A stretch of 64,000 nt of DNA, taken from assembly GCF_050920415.1 (NCBI RefSeq), contig NZ_CP169309.1. One strand, given 5' to 3'. The stretch comes from Escherichia coli (GTDB lineage: Bacteria > Pseudomonadota > Gammaproteobacteria > Enterobacterales > Enterobacteriaceae). Under the pieces are notes generated by a model. The model ran no database searches, was not told where the DNA came from, and saw nothing but the letters and a program-made list of their open reading frames with translations. Of this stretch, positions 35,368-45,031 are shown one piece after another. Each line of letters begins with the position of its first letter. Positions within the stretch are counted from its first letter, which is position 1. Both the position numbers and the translations under genes were made by a program.

Positions 35368-35466
35368 GCCTGATGCGCTGCGCTTATCAGGCCTACAAGG
35401 TTTCTGCAATATATTGAATTTGCAATATTTTGTAGGCCGGATAAGGCGTTCACGCCGCATCCGGCA
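35368..35466. repeat. BIME: two inverted REP units between lafA and lafB
   Basis: gcctgatgcgctgcgcttatcaggcctac ... gtaggccggataaggcgttcacgccgcatccggca. Confidence 0.85.
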
Positions 35467-35474
35467 ATCCCGCA

Positions 35475-36389
35475 CTACTGCAGCAGGCTGGAAACCATGC
35501 TGGACATGCTGTTGGACTGTTTCAGCATGGTGATACCGGTCTGCATCAGCACCTGCTGTTTGGTCATGTTGGACGCTTCCGTCGCGTAGTCGGTATCCAT
35601 AATGTTGCCGATAGCGACTTCGGTGTTGTCCTGCATGCTGGTCAGGTTGTTGGCAGTGTCGTTCAGACGGTTAATAGACGCACCCAGCTTGGATTGGATC
35701 TGCGAAACATCATCCATCGCGGTAGAAATGCTGGTAATCATCTGGTTAGCTGAGCCAGACGCAGTCAGTTCAGTACCGCCAGACACGCCTGCGGTGCCCG
35801 TGGTGTCAGCCTGATCCGCACTAAAGGAGTTGCTGATAGCAGAAAGATCCGTCACCAGCGTGTTCAGTTGGCTTGAAATGTTCACGGTCATGGTATCGGA
35901 AGATTCCGCTCCCACCTGGAAAGTCACCGCGCTCTGGAACAGGCCGTCAGTACCGGTGTTGCTGGTGCCGGAAACACCGAACAGGTTGGTGCCGCCGTAA
36001 GTGGTGTTTTGCAGCATGTCAGACATCTGCTGGCCCAGTTCGTCGTATTCGTCCTGCATCGCCTGCAGGTCATCGTCGCTGTAGGTGCCGTTCGCTGCCT
36101 GAGTTGACAGGTCTTTCATACGACCCAGCACATCAGACATTTCGTCGAACATGCTGTCAGCGGTTTGCAGCATCGCCGTTGCATCATTAATGTTGCTCAG
36201 TGCCACCCCCATACCGCTGGACTGTGCAGTCAGACGGTTAGCAATCTGTTTGCCTGCGGCGTCATCGGCAGAAGAGTTAATCCGGTTACCTGTTGCCAGG
36301 CGTTCCATAGATGTAGACAAAGAAGAACTGCTTTTGCTGATTGCATTAACGGCGGCCATTGAGGCGTTATTGGTGTTAATAGATAACAT
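35475..36389 (-). CDS. lafA: Lateral flagellin
   Basis: Start at ATG preceded by AAGGAG; 304 aa; conserved flagellin N- and C-termini with Ser/Thr-rich centre; the 26 extra codons in the ORF track are upstream read-through. Confidence 0.9.
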   Translation of the reverse strand: MLSINTNNASMAAVNAISKSSSSLSTSMERLATGNRINSSADDAAGKQIANRLTAQSSGMGVALSNINDATAMLQTADSMFDEMSDVLGRMKDLSTQAANGTYSDDDLQAMQDEYDELGQQMSDMLQNTTYGGTNLFGVSGTSNTGTDGLFQSAVTFQVGAESSDTMTVNISSQLNTLVTDLSAISNSFSADQADTTGTAGVSGGTELTASGSANQMITSISTAMDDVSQIQSKLGASINRLNDTANNLTSMQDNTEVAIGNIMDTDYATEASNMTKQQVLMQTGITMLKQSNSMSSMVSSLLQ

Positions 36390-36874
36390 GATACTGCTCC
36401 TTGGGATTAATCGTTTTCGTTTCGATACCCTGTAAAAACGACACCTCAGGCGCAAACTTAAAATCACTATGAAAAAAATTTCGCCACGTATTATCCGATG
36501 CCACTTTTAGCTAAAAAAAGCAGAGGTTAAATTCAGATAAAAAGATTATTAGCAATATCTGCCACATGGCCAGGTATCAAAATATGTCTTTATCAATTGC
36601 TTGATATAGTTAAGATTGTCATCAATTAACGCGTTTTCTTCACAATGTACTGATGCCAAAATTTACATTGCGTTGCAAATAGTACACATTTGGCTATTGT
36701 ACCTGTCCTGTCATTTCGTTACATTCCCACGCCATATAGTGATTAAGAATAATCCTATTACCATAAAATATTAATTATCACGCAGAAAAATCATCTTCTC
36801 AGGGACGTATAAGACTGTGCTTTATGTAAAGCACTATCAGGAACCATTTATCCCTTGCTAAGGTAAACTCAACT

Positions 36875-37717
36875 ATGAGTATTATTATCAACAACTGGCG
36901 GATGGACCCGTCACTCAATGCCTTAATACATTGCGAAACGGGTGAAACACGTCGTCTCGGCGAATACCATTTTATTTTGCTGGAAACATTAGCAAAAAAT
37001 GCCGATGTGGTTTTATCGCGATCTTATTTATGTGCCGAAGTATGGAAGAACCGCATTGTCGGCGGTAACAGCCTGCCGACGGCGATCCATGCGTTGCGCG
37101 TTGCTATCGACGATGATGGCAAACAACAGAACATTATCAAAACCATCCCGAAAAAAGGTTACTTGTGCAATAAAGAGTATGTGTCTTTGCCGGAATCATC
37201 GCCTGCGGAAAAGCTGATGATTACCGACCAGGTACAGAAAACTGTGCCAGAAAAGATATCTTCGACAACACCGCCTTTACCTGGTAGAAAAAAATATAAA
37301 GAAATGATAGGGCTGGCGTTGAGCGCAGCTGTTATTTTTGTTGGCTCGACCGTGGGCTATTCACACTTGAAAAGTACACCTGACGCCCCGCAACTGGTAA
37401 AAGAGTCAATTAACAGTCCAAGAATAAAAATATTTCATTTAACTTCTGCTGGAGAAAATACTTCCGTACCGTTACTATCACAAACCCTCGCACCAGGAAA
37501 AGACAAACTCGATAATTTATTGTCAGCGCATAATATGACAATGACAACCTATTATAAATATGTTCGTAACCGACTGGAGAGTGATATTGTTCTGCGCAAC
37601 CAGTGCAATGGTAGCTGGCAATTAACCTTTAATGTGGAAGGCTGGCAGAACAGTGATATTAATAGCACGATGTATCAGAATTTAGAGAAGTTGTTAAATA
37701 CTGTGCAGAAGTGCTGA
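36875..37717 (+). CDS. lafZ: Membrane-anchored transcriptional regulator, ToxR/CadC-like winged helix plus TM and periplasmic domain
   Basis: N-terminal OmpR/PhoB-type winged-helix region, one TM helix (MIGLALSAAVIFVGSTVGY), AT-rich gene; divergent from lafA. Confidence 0.7.
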   Translation: MSIIINNWRMDPSLNALIHCETGETRRLGEYHFILLETLAKNADVVLSRSYLCAEVWKNRIVGGNSLPTAIHALRVAIDDDGKQQNIIKTIPKKGYLCNKEYVSLPESSPAEKLMITDQVQKTVPEKISSTTPPLPGRKKYKEMIGLALSAAVIFVGSTVGYSHLKSTPDAPQLVKESINSPRIKIFHLTSAGENTSVPLLSQTLAPGKDKLDNLLSAHNMTMTTYYKYVRNRLESDIVLRNQCNGSWQLTFNVEGWQNSDINSTMYQNLEKLLNTVQKC

Positions 37718-37730
37718 TGAATACGAATAT

Positions 37731-37769
37731 ATGCCGGATGCGACGCTAAACGCGTCTTATCCGGCCTAC
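37731..37769. repeat. REP element between convergent lafZ and lafW
   Basis: atgccggatgcgacgctaaacgcgtcttatccggcctac. Confidence 0.75.
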
Positions 37770-37775
37770 CGATAA

Positions 37776-38753
37776 TTACCCCAATAAATTCCTCACCGTC
37801 TGGCTGGAAATTCGCGCCTGACCGTTCACCGCCTGCAATAAAACCTGATAGTTATGATTGGCGCTGTCGAGCACACCGCCGAGATTTTCCGACGCCTGTA
37901 CCGCACTTTCTGTCTGCGGGAAGCGGGACATGCCGTCGATCAACTGGCGGGCCTTTTCCTGCTGCACAGCCATCTTCGCGCGCTGCTGATTAATGTTTTC
38001 TAACGTCTGAGAAATCCCCGCCCCGCCCTGTTGCAGGCTTTGAGCTAACCGCTCAGCCTCAGAGGGTTCGGCAAAGGTTTTTAGTGGCATAAACGCTGAT
38101 TTATCGCCATCGGTGCGCACGCTTAACGTGCGTTCAATGTCAGGCCACTGTTTTTCGGTGGTGGAGAAGCTGATGCCATCCGCTTGCTGATGCAGCTGCA
38201 CGCCTACGCGGCGCAGGGCGTTGGTCAGCCGTGTCTGGTACTGCCCGGCGTTATCATCCTCAGACAGCATCACCGCCGAAAGCTGGGTCTGCCGCCCGTC
38301 AGAAACGCTGAACATCCGCGTTCCCAGTGTGGGGTTGTTGACGAGATTCGCCAAATCCGGCGAGTGAAAGGTCACCCGCGCTTCCCCCTGCAACACCGGC
38401 TGCAACTGGCGGTCCACCGCGCCGCCGGAAAGTGCGGTGCGTTTGTCCAGCATCTGCGTGAGCGCCGTACTCTGCGCCTGCCCGCCCTTACGCAGGCTGT
38501 GACGATAATCGAGCAACTGCTGTTCCAGTTGCCCGAGATAGTGATCCGCCTGCTGCAAGGTGGTGAGCTGGTCGTTAAGCTGCACGCTGTAACGCTGCGG
38601 GCGAGTGGTAATCAGCGGCGAGGCCGGATATTCACTCGCCGTCGCCGGGAGCTTTTGCCGCACCGCCTGAGTGGGCGCAACGGTTGACGACGATACCGCA
38701 GCGCTATGCGCACCGCCGGTGGCGAGTGATGAAGATGTAAGTCCGACCTGCAT
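37776..38753 (-). CDS. lafW: Flag-2 protein of unknown function, LafW position
   Basis: 325 aa, Ser/Ala/Gln-rich; immediately downstream of lfgL in the same orientation; symbol assigned by synteny only. Confidence 0.5.
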   Translation of the reverse strand: MQVGLTSSSLATGGAHSAAVSSSTVAPTQAVRQKLPATASEYPASPLITTRPQRYSVQLNDQLTTLQQADHYLGQLEQQLLDYRHSLRKGGQAQSTALTQMLDKRTALSGGAVDRQLQPVLQGEARVTFHSPDLANLVNNPTLGTRMFSVSDGRQTQLSAVMLSEDDNAGQYQTRLTNALRRVGVQLHQQADGISFSTTEKQWPDIERTLSVRTDGDKSAFMPLKTFAEPSEAERLAQSLQQGGAGISQTLENINQQRAKMAVQQEKARQLIDGMSRFPQTESAVQASENLGGVLDSANHNYQVLLQAVNGQARISSQTVRNLLG

Positions 38754-38769
38754 ACTGTTCCTGAAAGAG

Positions 38770-39597
38770 TTAGAGAACGCTGAATAAATTCAACTCACTC
38801 ACTTTCGAGTAAGTCTTGAGGGTAGCTTCCATTGCCACTTCCAGTCCGGTAAAGGTGATCGACGCAGGGCCGTAATCGAGATCCTGCAATGAACCAATCA
38901 ACTCATCATTAGAGGTAGAGATATCGGTCTGCGCATCGCTCAGCATCGACATGGTGTTTTGTGTCTCGCCGAGCGACGCAATCGAGGCGTTGAGGTCGTC
39001 CGAGGCGGTGTCCACCACATTAACGGCGTTTTGAATATCGCTTTGTACCTGCGGATCTGCCGGGTCAACGTTAGGGTCTTGCAACTCCTGAGAGAGCGAA
39101 TTGAGCGTGTTGAGCACATCTAAATTACTTCCGAAGAAATCGCTCACCGCCACGTTGGTATCCACTTCAACGCCGTTCGACACCGTCGTCTGGCGATGGT
39201 CGCTGTTACCCTGATAGCTGTAGCTATCGGTCACGCCATCACCGTCATCGTCCAACGCCACAATCGGCGGCTGATCGTTGATGGTGCCGCCAAAGACGTA
39301 ATGCCCGTCTTCATCCTGATAGTTGAGCGCCGCCAGCAGGCTGTTGTTGACGCCATCGAGAATCGACTCCTGCTGGCTTAACCCCGCCGACGCAGAGTCA
39401 ATATTGCTTTGATACTGCTCAATCGCCGACTGCTGGCGGTTCAACTGAGTGATGCGTGTGGCGGCGATAGGATCATCCGATGGCTGCAAAATTTCCTTGC
39501 CGGTTGCCATCTGCTCGACCACGTGCGCCAGTTCGCCAGAAAGATTATTAAAACTTTGCGTCATCGAGACGTAGGTTTGTTGAGTGGTTACTCGCAT
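38770..39597 (-). CDS. lfgL: Hook-filament junction protein FlgL-like (HAP3)
   Basis: Start at internal ATG (MRVTTQQTYVSMTQS...) matching FlgL N-termini. Confidence 0.8.
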   Translation of the reverse strand: MRVTTQQTYVSMTQSFNNLSGELAHVVEQMATGKEILQPSDDPIAATRITQLNRQQSAIEQYQSNIDSASAGLSQQESILDGVNNSLLAALNYQDEDGHYVFGGTINDQPPIVALDDDGDGVTDSYSYQGNSDHRQTTVSNGVEVDTNVAVSDFFGSNLDVLNTLNSLSQELQDPNVDPADPQVQSDIQNAVNVVDTASDDLNASIASLGETQNTMSMLSDAQTDISTSNDELIGSLQDLDYGPASITFTGLEVAMEATLKTYSKVSELNLFSVL

Positions 39598-39611
39598 TTT
39601 CGCGCTCCCGC

Positions 39612-40988
39612 TTAGCTGCACATTTCCAGCACCGAATCGAAAATCTCGGCCCCGGCGGAAATGACTTTCAGATTGGCTTCATAAATTTGTTGATAGGTGA
39701 TCAGGTTCACCGCCTCTTCGTCCATGCTGACGCCGCTGACGCTGCTCTGCTGGTTTTGCGCCTCAGAATAGACATTGGACGCAGCGGTCACTTCGGTCTG
39801 GTTTTGCTGAGTGTAAATGCCGATATTGCTGATGATTGACGAGCACGCTTGCCCGACCGTCACGCTGCCGAGGTTGCCTATCTCCAACGGCTCAGTGGAG
39901 ATGTTGATCAGCGCCTGCAGGTTGTCGCTGTTGCCGCTTTCATCCGGCGAACTGGAGAACGCCAGTTCATCGGCGGTGATATCCGGGTTAACGGTCAGCG
40001 GGCCATCGGCATTACTGGCATCGTAAATAAACAGCGGCTCGCCGGGGTTACCGTTGAGATCGTAGCCCTGCGCCAGCTGGTTGTTGACCGCATCGGCAAA
40101 CTGCGACGCCATGCTGTTGATGGTGTCGGTCAGCGGCGTCAGCACGTCGTTTTGATAATCAAAAAGTGCGCCTAATGAACCGCCGGTGTCGGTGGTCATG
40201 GTCGAGGTCGTTCCGGCAAAGGTCAGTGTCATCGTTGGCGTGCCATCGGCGTTGGTTTCCAGCGCAATGGTCGAGCTTTGCTGCCCGCTCACCAGCGGCT
40301 GACCGTTTTGCAGGGTGACGTTGTAGTTGCCCTGGTCGTCGATATTGACCTGCACATCCATCATCCCGCTGAGTTCTTCCACCATCTGGTCGCGGGCATC
40401 GTACAGCGCAGAGGCGTTATCGCCGTTGGCTTCGGCCTGGGCGATTTGCTGGTTATAGCTGGCGATGCCGCTGGTGAGGGTGTTAATTTGCGACACCATC
40501 GCCTGCTGCTGGCTGATGATTTCCGTGCTTTGCGAGTCGATGTAATCGAGCGTGTTATCGATACGCAACGACAGCGCCCCGGCTTCGCTGATCACCTGCT
40601 CGCGCAGGGCAGAATCATCGGGGCTGGTGGTCGCTTCGTTGAGGGCCGCGAAAAAGTTATCGAACCCGCCGCTCAGGCTGCTGTTATCGTCGCTCAATAC
40701 CGCTTCCAGTTGCGTGAGATACCCTTGCTGGGTGTTGTAATAGCCGTAATCGCTGGCGGCATACCACACCTGATTCACCTGATACTGGTTGGAGACGCGA
40801 CGAATGCTGTCGACCTGCACACCGTTTCCGGCGCTGTTCGGCGAACCGCCGCTGGCACCGATGGTGCTGATCTCCGCCACCTGGCGGGTGTAGCCCGTGG
40901 TCATGGCGTTAGCGGTGTTTTGCGCCGTGACGTTCAGCTCCACCTGCGCCGTTGATGCGCCGCTGTAGCCGATGTTAATCATGTCCAT
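39612..40988 (-). CDS. lfgK: Hook-associated protein FlgK-like (HAP1)
   Basis: 458 aa, FlgK-type N-terminus (..TAQNTANAMTTGYTRQ..). Confidence 0.85.
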   Translation of the reverse strand: MDMINIGYSGASTAQVELNVTAQNTANAMTTGYTRQVAEISTIGASGGSPNSAGNGVQVDSIRRVSNQYQVNQVWYAASDYGYYNTQQGYLTQLEAVLSDDNSSLSGGFDNFFAALNEATTSPDDSALREQVISEAGALSLRIDNTLDYIDSQSTEIISQQQAMVSQINTLTSGIASYNQQIAQAEANGDNASALYDARDQMVEELSGMMDVQVNIDDQGNYNVTLQNGQPLVSGQQSSTIALETNADGTPTMTLTFAGTTSTMTTDTGGSLGALFDYQNDVLTPLTDTINSMASQFADAVNNQLAQGYDLNGNPGEPLFIYDASNADGPLTVNPDITADELAFSSSPDESGNSDNLQALINISTEPLEIGNLGSVTVGQACSSIISNIGIYTQQNQTEVTAASNVYSEAQNQQSSVSGVSMDEEAVNLITYQQIYEANLKVISAGAEIFDSVLEMCS

Positions 40989-41051
40989 GTTGGATCCTTA
41001 CCGGTAAATCGTGCCGGATAAAAGCGGCGTGAAGTTGGGGATTCTTAAGTG

Positions 41052-41195
41052 GGAGGGGGTGCGCGCATTGCCCCCTCACCCTAACCCTCTCCCTGAGGGA
41101 GAGGGGACCGATCGAGCACGGTATTGAACAGGGTGCCGGTTTTCTCCCTCTCCCTGTGGGAGAGGGCCGGGGTGAGGGCATCAGCGCGCACCTCC
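41052..41195. repeat. MITE-like composite palindromic repeat, copy A
   Basis: Inverted GC-rich ends (ggtgcgcgc...gcgcgcacc), arms ccctcaccc/gggtgaggg, two internal hairpins ccctctccc-tga-gggagaggg and ctctccc-tgt-gggagag; matches copies B and C. Confidence 0.7.
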
Positions 41196-41197
41196 CC

Positions 41198-41497
41198 TCA
41201 CCTATGCTTCGGCGACAACTGCTTCACAATCATCGCCGCAATCCCTATCCCGTGCTGCTGCGCCAGGGCGTTACACAACTCATCGTCATAAAATCCCTGC
41301 ATCATGCGCACCGAATCGCTGTTAAATGGGTTATCTTTCGAATCAAACAACTCGTTGGTTTTTCGCATCTCTTTGAGCATGTTGCGTAAAAAAATCGCCT
41401 CAAACTGTTCGGCGGCCTGCTTAATATCATTGGCCTGAACCTTCGGCCCCATTAACGCATCGCTGCCGTCAATCCCGCCGCTGGCGTTGACTTTCAT
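41198..41497 (-). CDS. lfgJ: FlgJ-like rod-assembly protein, rod-binding domain only
   Basis: 99 aa resembling the FlgJ N-terminal domain; no muramidase domain. Confidence 0.7.
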   Translation of the reverse strand: MKVNASGGIDGSDALMGPKVQANDIKQAAEQFEAIFLRNMLKEMRKTNELFDSKDNPFNSDSVRMMQGFYDDELCNALAQQHGIGIAAMIVKQLSPKHR

Positions 41498-42612
41498 CAG
41501 ATCACCTCCAGGTCGGCATCCAGCGCGCCCGCTTCATGCAGCGCCTGCAAAATCGACATAATGTCGTCCGGCGTTGCGCCTAAACTGTTCAGCGCATTGA
41601 CCAACGTTTTCAGGCTGCTCGATTCCGGCAAACTCACCACGCCCGGACGGGCATGATTCACCGCGATATTGCTCTGCGGCGTCACCGCCGTGCGCCCGCC
41701 AGCAAAGGCATTCGGCTGGCTGACGTTGCTGGTTTCGTTAATTGAGACGGTCAGGCTGCCGTGCGACACCGCCGCCGCGTGCAGCGCGATGCCATCGCCC
41801 ATCACCACCGTACCGGTACGCGAGTTAAACACCACGCGGGCGCGGATTTTCTCCGCCTGTACCTGCACATCATCCAGTTGCGACATAAACGCCACCCGCG
41901 CGCCGGGGCTGGTGGGCGCACGCACGGTGACGTTGGTGGAACTCTGCGCCGTGGCAATGCCGCCAAACGAGGCGTTGATCGCCGCCGCAATGTTGTTGGC
42001 GTCTTTAAACGACGGACGTTTCAGGTTAAGCGTGATGGTGTCGCCCATCTGAAAATCGCTGGGAATTTCGCGCTCCACCGTCGCGCCATTGGGGATTAAT
42101 CCGGCGGTCGGCGTATTAACCGTTACGCTCGAGCCGCTGGCCCCGGTGGCGTTCATCCCGCCCACCACCACGCTGCCCTGCGCCAGGGCATACACTTCGC
42201 CATCTGCGCCGTGCAACTGGGTCAGCAGCAAGGTGCCGCCGCGAATACTTTTGGCATCGCCAATCGACGAGACGGTGACATCAATGGTCTGCCCGCGCGA
42301 GTACATCGGCGGCAACGTGGCACTCACCGCCACCGCGGCGACGTTTTTCACCTTCGGGTCGATTTTATTTGGCAACTGCACGCCAAACTGGCGCAGCATA
42401 TTGGTGATGGTCTGGTTGGTGAATTTGACCTGGTTTTTATCGCCCGTACCGTCGAGGCCGACCACCAGGCTGTAGCCGACCAGTTGGTTTTCACGCACGC
42501 CCTGTACGTTGACCAGCGACTCCAGCGATTGCGCCAGCGCCACGCCGGGTAGCGCCAGGGTTACGGCTACCATCACCGTTTTTATCCAGTTTTGCATTGC
42601 ACTCTCCGGCAT
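41497..42612 (-). CDS. lfgI: Flagellar P-ring protein FlgI-like
   Basis: 371 aa, signal peptide, conserved [11 protein letters not shown] motif. Confidence 0.9.
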   Translation of the reverse strand: MPESAMQNWIKTVMVAVTLALPGVALAQSLESLVNVQGVRENQLVGYSLVVGLDGTGDKNQVKFTNQTITNMLRQFGVQLPNKIDPKVKNVAAVAVSATLPPMYSRGQTIDVTVSSIGDAKSIRGGTLLLTQLHGADGEVYALAQGSVVVGGMNATGASGSSVTVNTPTAGLIPNGATVEREIPSDFQMGDTITLNLKRPSFKDANNIAAAINASFGGIATAQSSTNVTVRAPTSPGARVAFMSQLDDVQVQAEKIRARVVFNSRTGTVVMGDGIALHAAAVSHGSLTVSINETSNVSQPNAFAGGRTAVTPQSNIAVNHARPGVVSLPESSSLKTLVNALNSLGATPDDIMSILQALHEAGALDADLEVI

Positions 42613-43277
42613 TAAATCGGGAACAGAGGATGGTTAAACAGCCGGGTCAGCCAGCCTGCGGCGTTGGCGTCACTTAACGCGCCACGTCCGGCATAGGAGA
42701 TACGGGCATCGGCGATCCGCTGGGAAGAAACCGAGTTGTCATTCTGGATATCGTCGGCGCGCACCAGGCCGCTTAAGCGGATGTACTCATCGCCCTGATT
42801 GAGGGTGAGCCATTTCTCGCCGCGAATTTCCAGGATGCCGTTGGGCTGCACCGCATGAACGGAAACGGTGATCTCCCCGCGCAGGCTGTTCTGCTGCTGG
42901 GAGGTGGCGCTGCCGTCAAAGTCGCGGTTGGCGTCGATGGAGCCGGAAAGGTTATTTTTGGTGTGACCAAATACCGTTGGCGCGGTAATATCGACGCTGT
43001 TGCTTTTGCCAAAGTTGGTTTTCGCCTGTTTGCTCGACTGGGTGGATTCTTCGAGGATCACTGTCAGAATATCGCCCACGCGGTAAGCCCGCCGATCGGC
43101 GGTTAGCGACCAGTTGTAGCCCGTTTCAAACAAGCCCCCGGCACGCCCGTCTGCCGGAGGCGGCGCTTCGGTTTTCGGTGGCGCAAAGTATGCGTCGTCT
43201 TTTTTGACCAGAATGGCCTGCGATTCACACCCGCTAAGCAGGGGAAGCAGCGCCACCAGCCAGAGATAATTTTTCAC
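42612..43277 (-). CDS. lfgH: Flagellar L-ring lipoprotein FlgH-like
   Basis: 221 aa, lipoprotein signal (LLSGC). Confidence 0.9.
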   Translation of the reverse strand: MKNYLWLVALLPLLSGCESQAILVKKDDAYFAPPKTEAPPPADGRAGGLFETGYNWSLTADRRAYRVGDILTVILEESTQSSKQAKTNFGKSNSVDITAPTVFGHTKNNLSGSIDANRDFDGSATSQQQNSLRGEITVSVHAVQPNGILEIRGEKWLTLNQGDEYIRLSGLVRADDIQNDNSVSSQRIADARISYAGRGALSDANAAGWLTRLFNHPLFPI

Positions 43278-43326
43278 GTTCTGCCTGTTTAGTGTTGCAG
43301 GCCACGGGGGTGGCCGGTTGTTTGGT

Positions 43327-43473
43327 GGGTGCGGAGCTGTTTGTTCCCCCTCACCCTAACCCTCTCCCTCAAGGGAGAGGGGACTGACCTGTGCGCGTTG
43401 TTACATTGTGCACCGCTTTTCTCCCTCTCCCTGTGGGAGAGGGCCGGGGTGAGGGCATCAGGCCGCACCGCCC
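43327..43473. repeat. MITE-like composite palindromic repeat, copy B
   Basis: Same architecture and near-identical core as copy A; lies between lfgH and lfgG. Confidence 0.7.
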
Positions 43474-43481
43474 TTAACGCC

Positions 43482-44267
43482 TTACAGCGTCTGACTGATG
43501 TACTGCAACATATCGTCCGCCGCCGAAACCATTTTGGCGTTCATCTCGTACGCGCGTTGCACCGTAATCATCGCCACCATTTCGTTGACGATATCCACGT
43601 TCGAGCCTTCGAGCGCATTGTCCTGCAAGGTGCCAAGCCCATCTTCGCCCGGTACGCCTTCGGTCGGCTGACCGCTGGCGGCGGTTTCCAGATAGAGGTT
43701 GTCGCCCTCGGCGGAAAGCCCCGCCGGGTTGGCGAAGTTCACCAGCGTCAGTTGCCCTAACTCGGTCACGTCGCTGTCGCCGGGTAAGATAGCCGTCACC
43801 GTACCGTCCTCACCAAACGCAACATTCGTCGCCCCCGCCGGAACGTCGATTTCCGGCTGCAATGGCAAGCCCTGCGAGTTGGTTAGCACGCCGTCGGCAT
43901 TCACCTGCAAATTGCCGTCGCGGGTATAGGCGATATCGCCGTTGGCCTTTTGCACCTGCAAAAACCCCTGCCCCATAATGGCGACATTCATCGCGTTGTC
44001 GGTGGTTTCGACGTTGCCTTCGGTAAAGGTTTTCTGAGTGCCGACAATGCGCACGCCGCTACCGAATTGCAGCCCGGTCGGCATGATGTTGTTCTGGTCG
44101 AGCATCGCGCCCGGCGCTTCCTGGGTCTGGTAGAACAGATCCTGAAACATCACCCGGTCGCGCTTGAAGCCGGTGGTGTTAACGTTGGCGATGTTGTTGG
44201 CAATCGCGCTCATTTCAGCATCCTGCGCCGAGAGGCCGGTTTTGCTGATCCATAATGCTGCGTTCAT
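43482..44267 (-). CDS. lfgG: Distal rod protein FlgG-like
   Basis: 261 aa, FlgG N-terminus (MNAALWISKTGLSAQ...). Confidence 0.9.
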   Translation of the reverse strand: MNAALWISKTGLSAQDAEMSAIANNIANVNTTGFKRDRVMFQDLFYQTQEAPGAMLDQNNIMPTGLQFGSGVRIVGTQKTFTEGNVETTDNAMNVAIMGQGFLQVQKANGDIAYTRDGNLQVNADGVLTNSQGLPLQPEIDVPAGATNVAFGEDGTVTAILPGDSDVTELGQLTLVNFANPAGLSAEGDNLYLETAASGQPTEGVPGEDGLGTLQDNALEGSNVDIVNEMVAMITVQRAYEMNAKMVSAADDMLQYISQTL

Positions 44268-44293
44268 GGTGCTTTATTCCCTGATGTCTGTTA

Positions 44294-45031
44294 TCACGAG
44301 CCGCGCAATAAGCGGTTGCCCGCGTCGCTGATATCTTCGGCAGTTTTCATCATCTTGATCTGCGCTTCAAACTGGCGATTCATGGCGATGGACGACATCA
44401 TTTCGCTCACCGCCGAGACGTTGCTGCCTTCGAGAAAACCGCCGCTGACTTTGATGTTTTCATCGCGCTGGGCCGGAATGCCGTCGCTAGTCACCAGCAT
44501 CCCTTCAGGATTTTTCGCCAGGTTAGCGACAGGGATATCCACCAGCTTCAGGCGGTCGATATCCATCGTGGCGGTCACGTCGCCGTCATCGGGCGTCACC
44601 GAGAGCGTGCCGTCGCTGCCAAAAGAGGCGATGGCGTTCGGCGGCAGAATGATCGGGCCGTTATCCCCCAGCACCAGATTGCCGTCGATGGTCAGTTGCC
44701 CCTGATCGTTCTGCTGAATATTGCCGTTGCGGGTATAGACTTCGTTGCCGTTTTTATCCTGCACCGCAATGTAACCCGCCCCCTGAATCGCCACGTCCAG
44801 CGGGCGTTCGGTTTTCTCCGCCACACCCGTGCTGTCGTTCACGCCGCTGGCCCCTTCCTGCGCCATATAGCGCGTGTCGAAGCCGCCACCTTTCACCTTG
44901 TCGTTGGTCGCCATCGCCATATCGGCGCGAAAACCGTTGGTGTTGACGTTCGCCAGGTTGTTGGCGCTAATCTGCTGCTCATACAACGTCTGCGAAGCCC
45001 CGCTCAGGGCGGTATAAATCAGGCGATCCAT
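44294..45031 (-). CDS. lfgF: Proximal rod protein FlgF-like
   Basis: 245 aa with rod-protein N- and C-terminal motifs. Confidence 0.85.
   Translation of the reverse strand: MDRLIYTALSGASQTLYEQQISANNLANVNTNGFRADMAMATNDKVKGGGFDTRYMAQEGASGVNDSTGVAEKTERPLDVAIQGAGYIAVQDKNGNEVYTRNGNIQQNDQGQLTIDGNLVLGDNGPIILPPNAIASFGSDGTLSVTPDDGDVTATMDIDRLKLVDIPVANLAKNPEGMLVTSDGIPAQRDENIKVSGGFLEGSNVSAVSEMMSSIAMNRQFEAQIKMMKTAEDISDAGNRLLRGS

Noticed and set aside
40278-40955. 225-aa ORF on the plus strand within the flagellar region
   Set aside because: Lies wholly antisense to lfgK in GC-rich DNA; Arg/Gly/His/Val-rich shadow-frame composition; no RBS or motif. Similar long antisense frames (for example 59786..60373, 62072..62626, 62651..63226, 44696..45097) were rejected on the same grounds.
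41040-43480. Possible CRISPR array suggested by recurring G/C-rich palindromic units
   Set aside because: Only three copies, separated by kilobases of coding sequence rather than regular short spacers, and the units are internally palindromic; consistent with a MITE/intergenic repeat family, not CRISPR.
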